From a bacterium (GTDB taxonomy: Bacteria > Bdellovibrionota_C > UBA2361 > CALJRW01), in assembly GCA_031385045.1 (NCBI GenBank), contig JANNBC010000054.1:61562-125561 (forward strand): a DNA stretch of 64,000 nt, given 5' to 3'. How positions within the stretch are numbered: the first letter of the stretch is position 1; each line of letters starts with the position of its first letter. The notes below the pieces were generated by a model. That model had not been told where the DNA came from. It worked only from the letters and a program-made list of their open reading frames with translations, and ran no database searches. Of this stretch, positions 55,806-64,000 are shown one piece after another. The translations under genes and the position numbers were made by a program.

Positions 55806-57883
55806 TAGTCTTTTAATTTATCAGCGATCTGTACTATTCCATTTAAGCTAGACTTACGATACTTCTTCTCAAGAGTCTCTGTCTTTGGCTTTTTATTCCT
55901 CATGTTAAAGGACGTAATATAATCATCATCGATTGGTTCGATGTCAAAATCATATTTTGTTTCACCGATCTCTGCCCCCGAGATTACTTCTACTGGAATA
56001 TCCTCTACAAATCTACTAGCCGAACGATAATAACCACCATAACCAAAACTAGACATAGCAGACGCCATACTTCGTTGCTGAGCGTAAGTTAAAAATAACT
56101 GCTCTCTTGCTCTAGTAATACCGACATAGCAAAGTCGCCTTTCTTCATCAATGGAATTTTCATCAATTGAACGACTATGAGGAACTAACCCTTCTTCCAA
56201 TCCTGTAAAAAATACTACAGGAAATTCTAGCCCCTTAGCCATATGTAAAGTCATCAGCGAGACAAAGTTAGCTTCATCATCTTCCACATTTCCATTGCTC
56301 TGATCTACCGCAGTCATCAAGGCCACATGATCTAAGAATTCGGCAAGTGAATTTTCTTTACTAGAGAAGCCTTCAGCGACGGCTACTAATTCAGCAATGT
56401 TTTCTTTGCGATCCTGATCCTTGTCATCATCCGTTAAGTTAAGTTCTAAATACTTAGTCTGTGCTAAAATCTCTCGCAGATTTTCAGCAACGGTCGTTTG
56501 CACTTTACGATCTTGCCAACTTTTAACCATGATCACAAAATCTAGCAGTTTGCGATTAGTGATATCGCCTGATAATAAATATTGCCACGCAGAGACTCCT
56601 TGCATCTCCGCCTGATCCATAATGTTTTGTAAAGTCTGGGCACCAATTCCACGACGAGGAACATTGATAATTCTAATCAGCGCTTGATTGTCTGCTGGAT
56701 TATGAATTAAACGTAGATAAGCCAAAATATCTTTAACTTCTTTTCTCTCATAAAACTTAAATCCACCAAAAATCTTAAAGGGGATCTTAGCACGTAAAAA
56801 AGCTTCTTCTAGGGCTCGGGACTGCGCGTTAGTTCGATAAAAAACAGCATAATCTTTAAAGGAACGTCCCTCTTCAATTAGCTCTTGAATTTGGCCGACA
56901 ACAAAGTTGGCTTCTTCTGTTTCATTATAAAAACTCTTTAATTCGATTTGAGCGCCCTCCTTGGAATCAGTCCAAAGTTTTTTGGATTTACGGTTTAGAT
57001 TTTTCGCAATTATTCCATGAGCAGCATCTAAAATATTTTTTGTAGAGCGATAATTTTGCTCCAACATGATTGTCATAGTGTTGGGATAATCTTTTTCAAA
57101 TGACAAGATGTTTGTGATATCAGCCCCCCGAAAAGCATAGATTGACTGATCGTCATCTCCAACTACTAATAAATTATTTTTAGGCTGAGCTAAGTGTCTA
57201 ATAATATCGTACTGGATCTTATTGGTATCTTGGAACTCATCAACTAGAATAAATTGCAATTGATTTTGGTAGAGCCTACGAACCTCAGGATGTTCATTGA
57301 GTAACTTCAGGCAATTAAAAATTAAATCAGAAAAATCCATGGCATTACTCTGCATCAAGGCTTTCTGATAAGCATCATAAACATCGGCAACATTATTTTT
57401 CTTGTCTGCGTAATCAGGTTGGAATTCTTCTGGGCCAATAAACTTATTCTTTAAGCTATCAATGACGCTTAAGTAATAACTTGGCGTAACTTTAGTTTTA
57501 TTTAATCCTAATTTTTTTAAGATCTGCTTCATCAGACTTTGACAGTCATTAGTGTCATAGATAACAAACCCAGACTTATACCCTAACAAAGGTGCATGGC
57601 GCCTTAGAATCCGCAGTGACATAGAATGAAAAGTTGCGATCCACAGGTGCTGAGATTTGGGTCCTAATAAAGCCTCTAACCTCTCCCGCATTTCGTTAGT
57701 GGCTTTATTAGTGAAAGTAACAGCCAAGATTCGATCAGGACTAACCTGATGTCGATTAACTAAATTAGCAACTCGATTAGTAAGTACCCGAGTCTTCCCT
57801 GTTCCAGCACCAGCTAGGATTAGGATTGGACCTAGAAAATGCTCAACGGCTTTCTGTTGTTCAGAGTTAAGGGAAGTAGACAA
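55805..57883 (-). CDS. uvrD: UvrD/PcrA DNA helicase
   Basis: AGAGTGKT, TFTNKA, VDEFQDTN, VGDDDQSIY.FRGA, QNYRST, TLH.AKGLEF, EERRL.YVGITRA. Confidence 0.95.
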   Translation of the reverse strand: MSTSLNSEQQKAVEHFLGPILILAGAGTGKTRVLTNRVANLVNRHQVSPDRILAVTFTNKATNEMRERLEALLGPKSQHLWIATFHSMSLRILRRHAPLLGYKSGFVIYDTNDCQSLMKQILKKLGLNKTKVTPSYYLSVIDSLKNKFIGPEEFQPDYADKKNNVADVYDAYQKALMQSNAMDFSDLIFNCLKLLNEHPEVRRLYQNQLQFILVDEFQDTNKIQYDIIRHLAQPKNNLLVVGDDDQSIYAFRGADITNILSFEKDYPNTMTIMLEQNYRSTKNILDAAHGIIAKNLNRKSKKLWTDSKEGAQIELKSFYNETEEANFVVGQIQELIEEGRSFKDYAVFYRTNAQSRALEEAFLRAKIPFKIFGGFKFYERKEVKDILAYLRLIHNPADNQALIRIINVPRRGIGAQTLQNIMDQAEMQGVSAWQYLLSGDITNRKLLDFVIMVKSWQDRKVQTTVAENLREILAQTKYLELNLTDDDKDQDRKENIAELVAVAEGFSSKENSLAEFLDHVALMTAVDQSNGNVEDDEANFVSLMTLHMAKGLEFPVVFFTGLEEGLVPHSRSIDENSIDEERRLCYVGITRAREQLFLTYAQQRSMASAMSSFGYGGYYRSASRFVEDIPVEVISGAEIGETKYDFDIEPIDDDYITSFNMRNKKPKTETLEKKYRKSSLNGIVQIADKLKD

Positions 57884-58024
57884 AATCTTGCTCTTAGTTT
57901 TAAAGTTTTCAGGATCTGAGATTAACTTAGTTTGCCCTAGATAGTAAATGTTATCGAAATTATGGCTAAAAAGTTATCTCTCCTGAAACGACTTAAGAAG
58001 CAAGATTGAGAGTACTTAGGTAAT

Positions 58025-58201
58025 TTAAAAATTTCTTTTTGCTACCTTCTGAAAAGCCAATGATCTCTTGACGCACAAAGGATCCGCGTAATTGGAAAAA
58101 TGCTGACTTTTTAAGTCCTGCACAAAAAGGATAACCAAGTAAACTAGGGTACTAAGTAGCGCCAAAGTGTCTAAGCTAAAGATTGTAGTTAAGTATGTCA
58201 T
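58025..58201 (-). CDS. Small 58-aa single-TM protein absent from the ORF track
   Basis: GAGG RBS then ATG: MTYLTTIFSLDTLALLSTLVYLVILFVQDLK...AKRNF*. Confidence 0.5.
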   Translation of the reverse strand: MTYLTTIFSLDTLALLSTLVYLVILFVQDLKSQHFSNYADPLCVKRSLAFQKVAKRNF

Positions 58202-58505
58202 GTTAAAACCTCGTCTAAATGTTCTAGATATCCATTCACGAGGTAGGTAAAGTTCTTTACAGAGTCTCGTGCTTGGCTATTATTCTAGTATAATTCTATA
58301 TCAAAGCATTCTAATTGTTTCAAGTATTTTTCTATATTTTAGTTAAATTCTATAAACATGTTTTACTCCCCGTCTTCTCTGAGCCTTTGATTAATCAAAA
58401 TAAACTAATAATTAGAGATAGTTACTAGCTAGCCAAGATAATTGTAATTTCAGGCTGATAGCATAAGATAGAAAAACTATTAGCTATTTATAGAACTAGC
58501 CCCCA

Positions 58506-59756
58506 ATGAAAAATAATTTATCAATCTGGTTTATCAGACTTCGGTGGTTTGCTTTCCTAGCACAATTTATCATTTTAGTTGCCAGTGTTTTTTTCTTTCA
58601 GGCCAATGTGAGCTGGCAGAAGATTGGCTTAATTCTATTAATCATTCCACTATCAAATTTACTGACAACACAATTTCTAATCAAAAAATTTCCTGCTAAA
58701 AAAATTACCACTTGGTTAATCTTTTTAGATACTATTATCCTCTCCGCAATTCTTTACCTCTCTGGTGGTCCAGCCAATCCGTTTACAATTGTTTTTTTAT
58801 TACACCTAGTCTTAACAGCTGTTTTGCTTGATGAACGTTGGACATGGATCATGGCATTAATGACTTGCGCTTCCTATGCCTTCTTATTTTTCTTCTCCCC
58901 TGAAAATACAAGTATCCATCACAATCATCACAGCAGTTCAAACTCCTTTTCCTTACATTTATACGGAATGCTTTTTGCTTTTATGACCGTAGCTATTTTA
59001 GTTGCATATTTTTTAAATAAAATTATTACAGAGCTACGTGGAAAAGAGTTGAGATTACAAAAACTAGAGCAGTTAGCTGTTAATAGTAAACGCTTGGCAT
59101 CACTTGTTACGATTACTGCGGGGACAGCCCATGAACTTGGAACACCACTCAGTACCGTTGCTGTGGTTAGCAAAGAATTAGAGTTAGAATTAAGAAAGTT
59201 ACATTTACAACCTGAGATCTTAGAAGACATCCATTTAATCCAACAAGAAATTAGTCGATGCAAGGAATACCTAACAAGCTTATCAGAAAAAACTGGAGAC
59301 CTTGCAGGTGAAACACCACAAAGTGTATTAGCACTAGATCTAATTAATCAGGTGATTCTTCCATTTAAAAACAGCAAAAATCACTTTGAAATTAATGGTC
59401 CTAGTGAGCATATCTTACAATCAATTCCAGTGAAATCTTTAACTATTGGCATTAGAGCACTAGTCAAAAATGCTTTGGATGCTTCAGTAGATTCTCCAAA
59501 AAGAGTGGTAATCAATCATCAAATTATCAATAACCTTAATCAAATTGAAATTATTGATTACGGAAGTGGCATGAATCAAGAGACCTTAGAATTAATTGGA
59601 GAACCTTTCTTCTCTACAAAGAATACTGAGCAGGGCCTCGGTCTAGGAGTTTACTTGGCGAAATTAGCTATTTATCAAATAGGTGGTGAGCTAATTTATA
59701 AATCAACTCAATCAAAGGGTACGGCTACTATTATTAAATTTCCAATTAGCTTTTAA
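58506..59756 (+). CDS. RegB/PrrB-like sensor histidine kinase
   Basis: LRW.A...Q, LY.SGG..NPF, H..GM, AHELGTPLST, N/G boxes. Confidence 0.9.
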   Translation: MKNNLSIWFIRLRWFAFLAQFIILVASVFFFQANVSWQKIGLILLIIPLSNLLTTQFLIKKFPAKKITTWLIFLDTIILSAILYLSGGPANPFTIVFLLHLVLTAVLLDERWTWIMALMTCASYAFLFFFSPENTSIHHNHHSSSNSFSLHLYGMLFAFMTVAILVAYFLNKIITELRGKELRLQKLEQLAVNSKRLASLVTITAGTAHELGTPLSTVAVVSKELELELRKLHLQPEILEDIHLIQQEISRCKEYLTSLSEKTGDLAGETPQSVLALDLINQVILPFKNSKNHFEINGPSEHILQSIPVKSLTIGIRALVKNALDASVDSPKRVVINHQIINNLNQIEIIDYGSGMNQETLELIGEPFFSTKNTEQGLGLGVYLAKLAIYQIGGELIYKSTQSKGTATIIKFPISF

Positions 59757-59827
59757 ATAAATTTATAGAATCTCTATTCTAGAGATTTTTACTGGCAAAA
59801 ACTAATCATTTCCGTTATGATCATTGT

Positions 59828-60370
59828 ATGTTCTGTAGATCTATAGTTAATAAAAATTGTTATAAAAAAGGGTTCACTCTTGTAGAGCTATTAGTAACAA
59901 CATCGATAGTTTCAATACTTGCAGGCTTAGCCGTTGCCCAGTTCAAAGAATATTCTCAACTCTCTTATGAAGGACGAGCCTATGCCCAATTAAAAAGTGC
60001 TCACACCGCAATTGTTGCCTATTACATCGATAATCCAGATGACAGCAATAACAGTACTTCGATCCATTATGCTACAAATGGTGTTATACTTGGTAATCCC
60101 AATGCCCTGCCAGGATTTGTCCATGATGCTGATGCCAGAGTTGCGATAGTAGCAGTGCTCCGTGGAAATGATACAGGATGGTGGGTTCAAAAAGGAGGAT
60201 CATTTGATATTGGAGCGGTCTCTTGTTTAGGAAAAACCTATGGTACCTCCGGGGGACTTCCTCTTAAAAAACGTTGGGTATACTGGAGTCTACCAGTTTT
60301 GGATATGCAAAGTGAGTATACGCTAAGCCAAGCACTGAATTGTGATAACCCACAAATGATCATTGGCTAA
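59828..60370 (+). CDS. Type IV pilin-like protein
   Basis: KG-FTLVELLV...I..ILA..A; C-terminal Cys pair. Confidence 0.85.
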   Translation: MFCRSIVNKNCYKKGFTLVELLVTTSIVSILAGLAVAQFKEYSQLSYEGRAYAQLKSAHTAIVAYYIDNPDDSNNSTSIHYATNGVILGNPNALPGFVHDADARVAIVAVLRGNDTGWWVQKGGSFDIGAVSCLGKTYGTSGGLPLKKRWVYWSLPVLDMQSEYTLSQALNCDNPQMIIG

Positions 60371-60437
60371 TCTCAATCTACTGAGGATTAAGTAAAACTT
60401 GTACAGAATCTAAATTTTCAGTAATTCCCAGATACAG

Positions 60438-60977
60438 ATGTCCAAAATAAATCAGAAAAATACAATCTTAACAATTGATGACGATAATATTTTTCGTGAG
60501 CGTTTAACAAAAGCATTTAACAAAAGAGGATTAATTGCTGATCAAGCACAAAATACTATAGAAGCACTCAGCAAAACTAATGACTTAAAACCTGATTTAG
60601 TAGTGCTAGATTTAATGCTAGGCACAGAATCTGGACTAGATCTAATTTCAGAGATCCGCAAGATTTGTCCTAAAGTAAAAATTGTAATGCTCACAGGGTA
60701 TGGGACAATCAGCACAACAGTGGAGGCCATGAAAAATGGTGTTGTTAATTACTTAACAAAACCGGCAGATGCCGATACAATCCTGGCAGCTTTTCTAGGT
60801 GAAATAAAAATTAATTCAGCAACAGGAATCCCTCCACTGCACCAGGTAGAATGGGATTACATCCAAAAAATCATTCAACAATGTGATGGCAATATTACAA
60901 AAGCATCCAAACTACTGGGACTACATCGTCGTTCACTTCAAAGAAAAATGAAAAAAAGTCCTGGCACTTTAAAGTAA
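60438..60977 (+). CDS. RegA/PrrA-like response regulator
   Basis: LTGYG.I.T.VEA.K.G..NYL.KP, VEW..IQ, GNI..A...LG.HRRSLQRK. Confidence 0.92.
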   Translation: MSKINQKNTILTIDDDNIFRERLTKAFNKRGLIADQAQNTIEALSKTNDLKPDLVVLDLMLGTESGLDLISEIRKICPKVKIVMLTGYGTISTTVEAMKNGVVNYLTKPADADTILAAFLGEIKINSATGIPPLHQVEWDYIQKIIQQCDGNITKASKLLGLHRRSLQRKMKKSPGTLK

Positions 60978-61015
60978 TTCTAAAAACTACTAGTGCCACA
61001 GGTGATTTAGAAGCT

Positions 61016-61030
61016 GCGACATTCTGTCGC
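61016..61030 (+). promoter_or_regulatory. RegA/RegR-type binding box
   Basis: GCGAC-ATTCT-GTCGC, immediately followed by TTGACT (61032-37). Confidence 0.75.
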
Positions 61031-61092
61031 GTTGACTTTAAAGTAACCCTTAGGCATACCTTAGCAACTAATTTTTGAGACTAATGTCGATC

Positions 61093-61572
61093 ATGAAGAA
61101 ATCATTTTTTACTAACATTTTCCTGTTAAGTTTTTGTACCGCCCTCCTAAGTGCCTGTGGTGGTAGTGATTCTTCTAAAGGTATTTTAATTGAGGGATCT
61201 CTTAGTCAGGGCAGCAAATCTAGCCATAAAGTTTTTAAACACTCGGCAGGAGAACACATTTCTCAAATAGAGATTTGTGCTCTAGGAAAATGTTCTACAA
61301 CTGACGCGGAAGGGCAATGGGGCTTTGTTATTAATACTAACTTTCCAGGTGGTGAAATTGCCTTTAAACTTACTGGTCATGGAATTGAGACAAGTACTGT
61401 CGTAAATATTCCAATTGCAGAAGAAAATGTCTTAATAAATTTTTCAAATGAAGCGGGGACTGTTGTTGTCGAAGAAATGTTAATTGATGGGGAAGATGCT
61501 AATATCGAAGTAATCCTTGAGCCAACGACTGAGCACACCTATGAAACTGAGGGAGAACATACTCATTCTTAA
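61093..61572 (+). CDS. Lipoprotein with His-containing motifs
   Basis: Lipobox LSAC; SH..FKH...EH, C...C, C-terminal EHT....EHTHS. Confidence 0.7.
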   Translation: MKKSFFTNIFLLSFCTALLSACGGSDSSKGILIEGSLSQGSKSSHKVFKHSAGEHISQIEICALGKCSTTDAEGQWGFVINTNFPGGEIAFKLTGHGIETSTVVNIPIAEENVLINFSNEAGTVVVEEMLIDGEDANIEVILEPTTEHTYETEGEHTHS

Positions 61573-61581
61573 TAAAATTAA

Positions 61582-62556
61582 ATGAAGAAACTGCTCTTTA
61601 TATTCCTAATTCTTTTAATCTCTAATCCTGCTTGGGCCTGTGATCCTTGTGCAATTTTTAATGCGGCAAGACTTGATGGTCATGAAGCTAATAGTTGGCG
61701 AGTTGCTTTTGGAGAGCAATACACCAACTTTGAAAAAGGAAAAGAGTATCCCGAAAATTCCTTTCGCAATAAAGACTTTGTTAAAGGTTTTAACAACTCA
61801 CAATTTGCTTTATCTTATGATTTTAATCAGCAGTTTGGCATTCAATTCACAGTTCCACTTATTTCCCGCTATGTTGAACATATCCATGACTACCGAAGTT
61901 CTAATCAATGGGACTCGGGACTGGGAGATGTCAGCCTGCTTGCTTCCTACAGCCCGTTGCATATTAAAGAGTTAAACTGGACTTGGCTTACTGGGCTAAC
62001 AGCTGGTGTTAAATTACCAACAGGAGACACGGGAGTCTTAGAAGATATTACTAGTAACGATCCAGACGAACAGCTTAAATCCCAATTCTTAAAACACCAT
62101 ACTATTGGAACAACTTCTGGTGGCCGCGCATTAACTTATGGATCAGGTTCATATGACTATATCATGGGTACAAATAATTTATTACGCTATAAAAATTACT
62201 TACTGCTTAGCAACATTCAATATACAATAAGAACTGAAGGAGATTTTAATTATGAGTTTGATAATGATTTAATTTGGTCGGCTCTTCCTGCTTATTATCT
62301 TTTATTAGATGATAATTTTACAATAGCTGGTGGAATTGGAATTTCTGGAGAACATAAAGGAAAGGATCGACTAAATGGCACAGAATTAACAGGATCTAAT
62401 ATTTCTAATATCTATTTAGGACCAGAAGCAATCTTTAGTTTTAAAGGAAAATATTCAGCACAAGTTGGAATTGATTTTAGAGTATCCGACAAAGATCAAG
62501 ATGCTGATATTGTGCCCGAGAATAGGGTTCGCGCTAGTCTCGCATATCGCTTTTAA
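61582..62556 (+). CDS. Outer-membrane beta-barrel transporter-like protein
   Basis: Signal peptide AWA then CDPC; GLGD.S, G.KLPTG, GSGS.D; C-terminal YRF. Confidence 0.75.
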   Translation: MKKLLFIFLILLISNPAWACDPCAIFNAARLDGHEANSWRVAFGEQYTNFEKGKEYPENSFRNKDFVKGFNNSQFALSYDFNQQFGIQFTVPLISRYVEHIHDYRSSNQWDSGLGDVSLLASYSPLHIKELNWTWLTGLTAGVKLPTGDTGVLEDITSNDPDEQLKSQFLKHHTIGTTSGGRALTYGSGSYDYIMGTNNLLRYKNYLLLSNIQYTIRTEGDFNYEFDNDLIWSALPAYYLLLDDNFTIAGGIGISGEHKGKDRLNGTELTGSNISNIYLGPEAIFSFKGKYSAQVGIDFRVSDKDQDADIVPENRVRASLAYRF

Positions 62557-62557
62557 T

Positions 62558-63424
62558 TTAAAAAGCCATCATTGGATCTCGACGATATTTACGTTCTTGT
62601 TCTAGTAAATAATTCTCATCTCCTGCCAAACTAACAATCTGTCTCATAACTTCGCGATACTCGGAGACTTGCTCCTTTCCTAGTAAGAACAAACTTTGTC
62701 TCAGAGTACTCTGCTCAGCTCGATTATAAACAATTTGGTGTCGAATTTCTGCTAGTTTTTCTTCTCTTTCTCCTTTATCTAAGGTTACTAGATCAACAAT
62801 ACCATCAACAACTTTTGTAACAACATTTTCTATCGTGCGACGTTCTAAAAAACTTCCTATTTGTTTAGCAAATTCATGTCGTTCTTCATCTGCTTTCTCA
62901 CCAAATGCTTTAATAGGAATGACTAAAACATATTTTTCGGCGAGCTCATGAAAAGGCCTTAGCAGATTATTAATTGCTAATAAATTTTTATAAATTGCAT
63001 TTTTAATTTCTAATGGAATACTTCCATCCATCAGCATAATTTCAGCAATCTCAATTAATTTTTCTGGATTACTTGTCGCCAACTTAATTTGCTTAGCTAG
63101 CGCTTCAAAATCTCCTTGGCGCAGCAATTCTTTTAAACGACGAGCCTCAGCTGGACTATCAGCAATAACTTCCAAGATTAATCCTAAATTTTCAGGATCC
63201 ATCTTTCTTAAATTTTCCCCACGATTATCTGTTAAATAACTAACTCCTTCTTTTAAATTTTCAAAATAATGATTAAGCAATTGTAGTTTTTCATTCGTAC
63301 TCCGAAGATCTTGCGCACTAAAGCTGCCCTTCGCCTGTCGCAGATCATCAAGTAAAAGATTTAGCCCCTCCTGTTGAATGATATCACGTGGATTAAGTGT
63401 TGGAGCAAGGATAGGTGTTGGCAT
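62558..63424 (-). CDS. Hypothetical helical protein
   Basis: 288-aa ORF. Confidence 0.6.
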   Translation of the reverse strand: MPTPILAPTLNPRDIIQQEGLNLLLDDLRQAKGSFSAQDLRSTNEKLQLLNHYFENLKEGVSYLTDNRGENLRKMDPENLGLILEVIADSPAEARRLKELLRQGDFEALAKQIKLATSNPEKLIEIAEIMLMDGSIPLEIKNAIYKNLLAINNLLRPFHELAEKYVLVIPIKAFGEKADEERHEFAKQIGSFLERRTIENVVTKVVDGIVDLVTLDKGEREEKLAEIRHQIVYNRAEQSTLRQSLFLLGKEQVSEYREVMRQIVSLAGDENYLLEQERKYRRDPMMAF

Positions 63425-63560
63425 AGATTTATGAAAGTTCTACGTAATTACAAGACTGCTACCTTGTTTAATCAATAGTTAGCTAATGCCTGATCCAGCC
63501 TTTTCTTCCACAAATTATCTAAAATTACCCAGAATTAGCCATAAAATGGCTTAAAAGAGC

Positions 63561-64000
63561 TTATTTTTTGGGTTCTTTGGGTAATAATTTTTGGTTTAAT
63601 CCTTCTAATTCCCGATTAAGGCCCGTGGAACTGAGTAGATCTTTATTAAGTAGGATAAATAATTTTTCAGATAATTCCACTAAGCTTTGCTTCTGTAAAA
63701 TATCTAAACTTAAATGGGCTGTCTCTTGGCCAATATCTTTATGATTTAATCTAAGTAAAATCTGGAACTGTCCAACTCTAGTTAAAAGTCTTTTGGATGC
63801 TTGGTATTGTTCGGCAATTGTTTTTCCAGAGCAAGCAGTGAGGCCAACTAAATTATCATCAACTTTACCATGGCGACCAAGCTCCCGCTCATCTCCAACT
63901 CCACCACCCCATTCTTCTACGGCAAAGGTAACAGCTAAACTTTTTTCGGGCATCGGTGCATTGCGATCTTTGTTCTTAGCAATAGTTGCACCAAACATAT
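63561..64000 (-). CDS. Hypothetical protein, probably 5'-partial
   Basis: ORF reaches the window edge. Confidence 0.5.
   Translation of the reverse strand, partial: MFGATIAKNKDRNAPMPEKSLAVTFAVEEWGGGVGDERELGRHGKVDDNLVGLTACSGKTIAEQYQASKRLLTRVGQFQILLRLNHKDIGQETAHLSLDILQKQSLVELSEKLFILLNKDLLSSTGLNRELEGLNQKLLPKEPKK

Noticed and set aside
311..61975. Numerous 60-145 aa ORFs overlapping longer genes in the ORF track
   Set aside because: Shadow frames of longer, better-supported genes, with no motifs of their own.

Overview
AT-rich chromosomal segment of a Gram-negative (diderm) bacterium, translated with genetic code 11. Core content: end of a GH65 phosphorylase, pgmB and a eukaryote-type hexokinase; a DapL-type lysine cluster (lysC-dapB-dapA-lysA-dapF//dapL); hisC-hisB; rnc-der; murL-murD2; transaldolase; a type IV minor-pilin operon; an ECF sigma module; tag; rlmH; menD-menH; uvrD/pcrA; a RegB/RegA-like two-component system; four tRNAs (Ser-GCT, Ser-TGA, Arg-ACG, Ser-GGA); and many long orphan ORFs. 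The most striking signal is non-coding: a family of TA-flanked, modular miniature inverted-repeat elements (three copies of 230-265 bp, two of 59 bp) and a second family of small REP-like hairpins (about 8 copies) that cluster behind tRNAs and nest inside the first family. One MITE copy splits a relE toxin gene: deleting it plus one TA restores an in-frame C-terminus (..KKLIIILKLGHRKDIYR). Other candidates are a 980-aa annexin-repeat-like protein, a perfect RegA/RegR box ahead of a His-rich envelope operon, and a sigma28-type promoter on the pilin operon with an orphan FlgM-like gene elsewhere in the window. No CRISPR array, rRNA, transposase or integrase was seen. All protein calls come from motif recognition by eye; no database searches were run.
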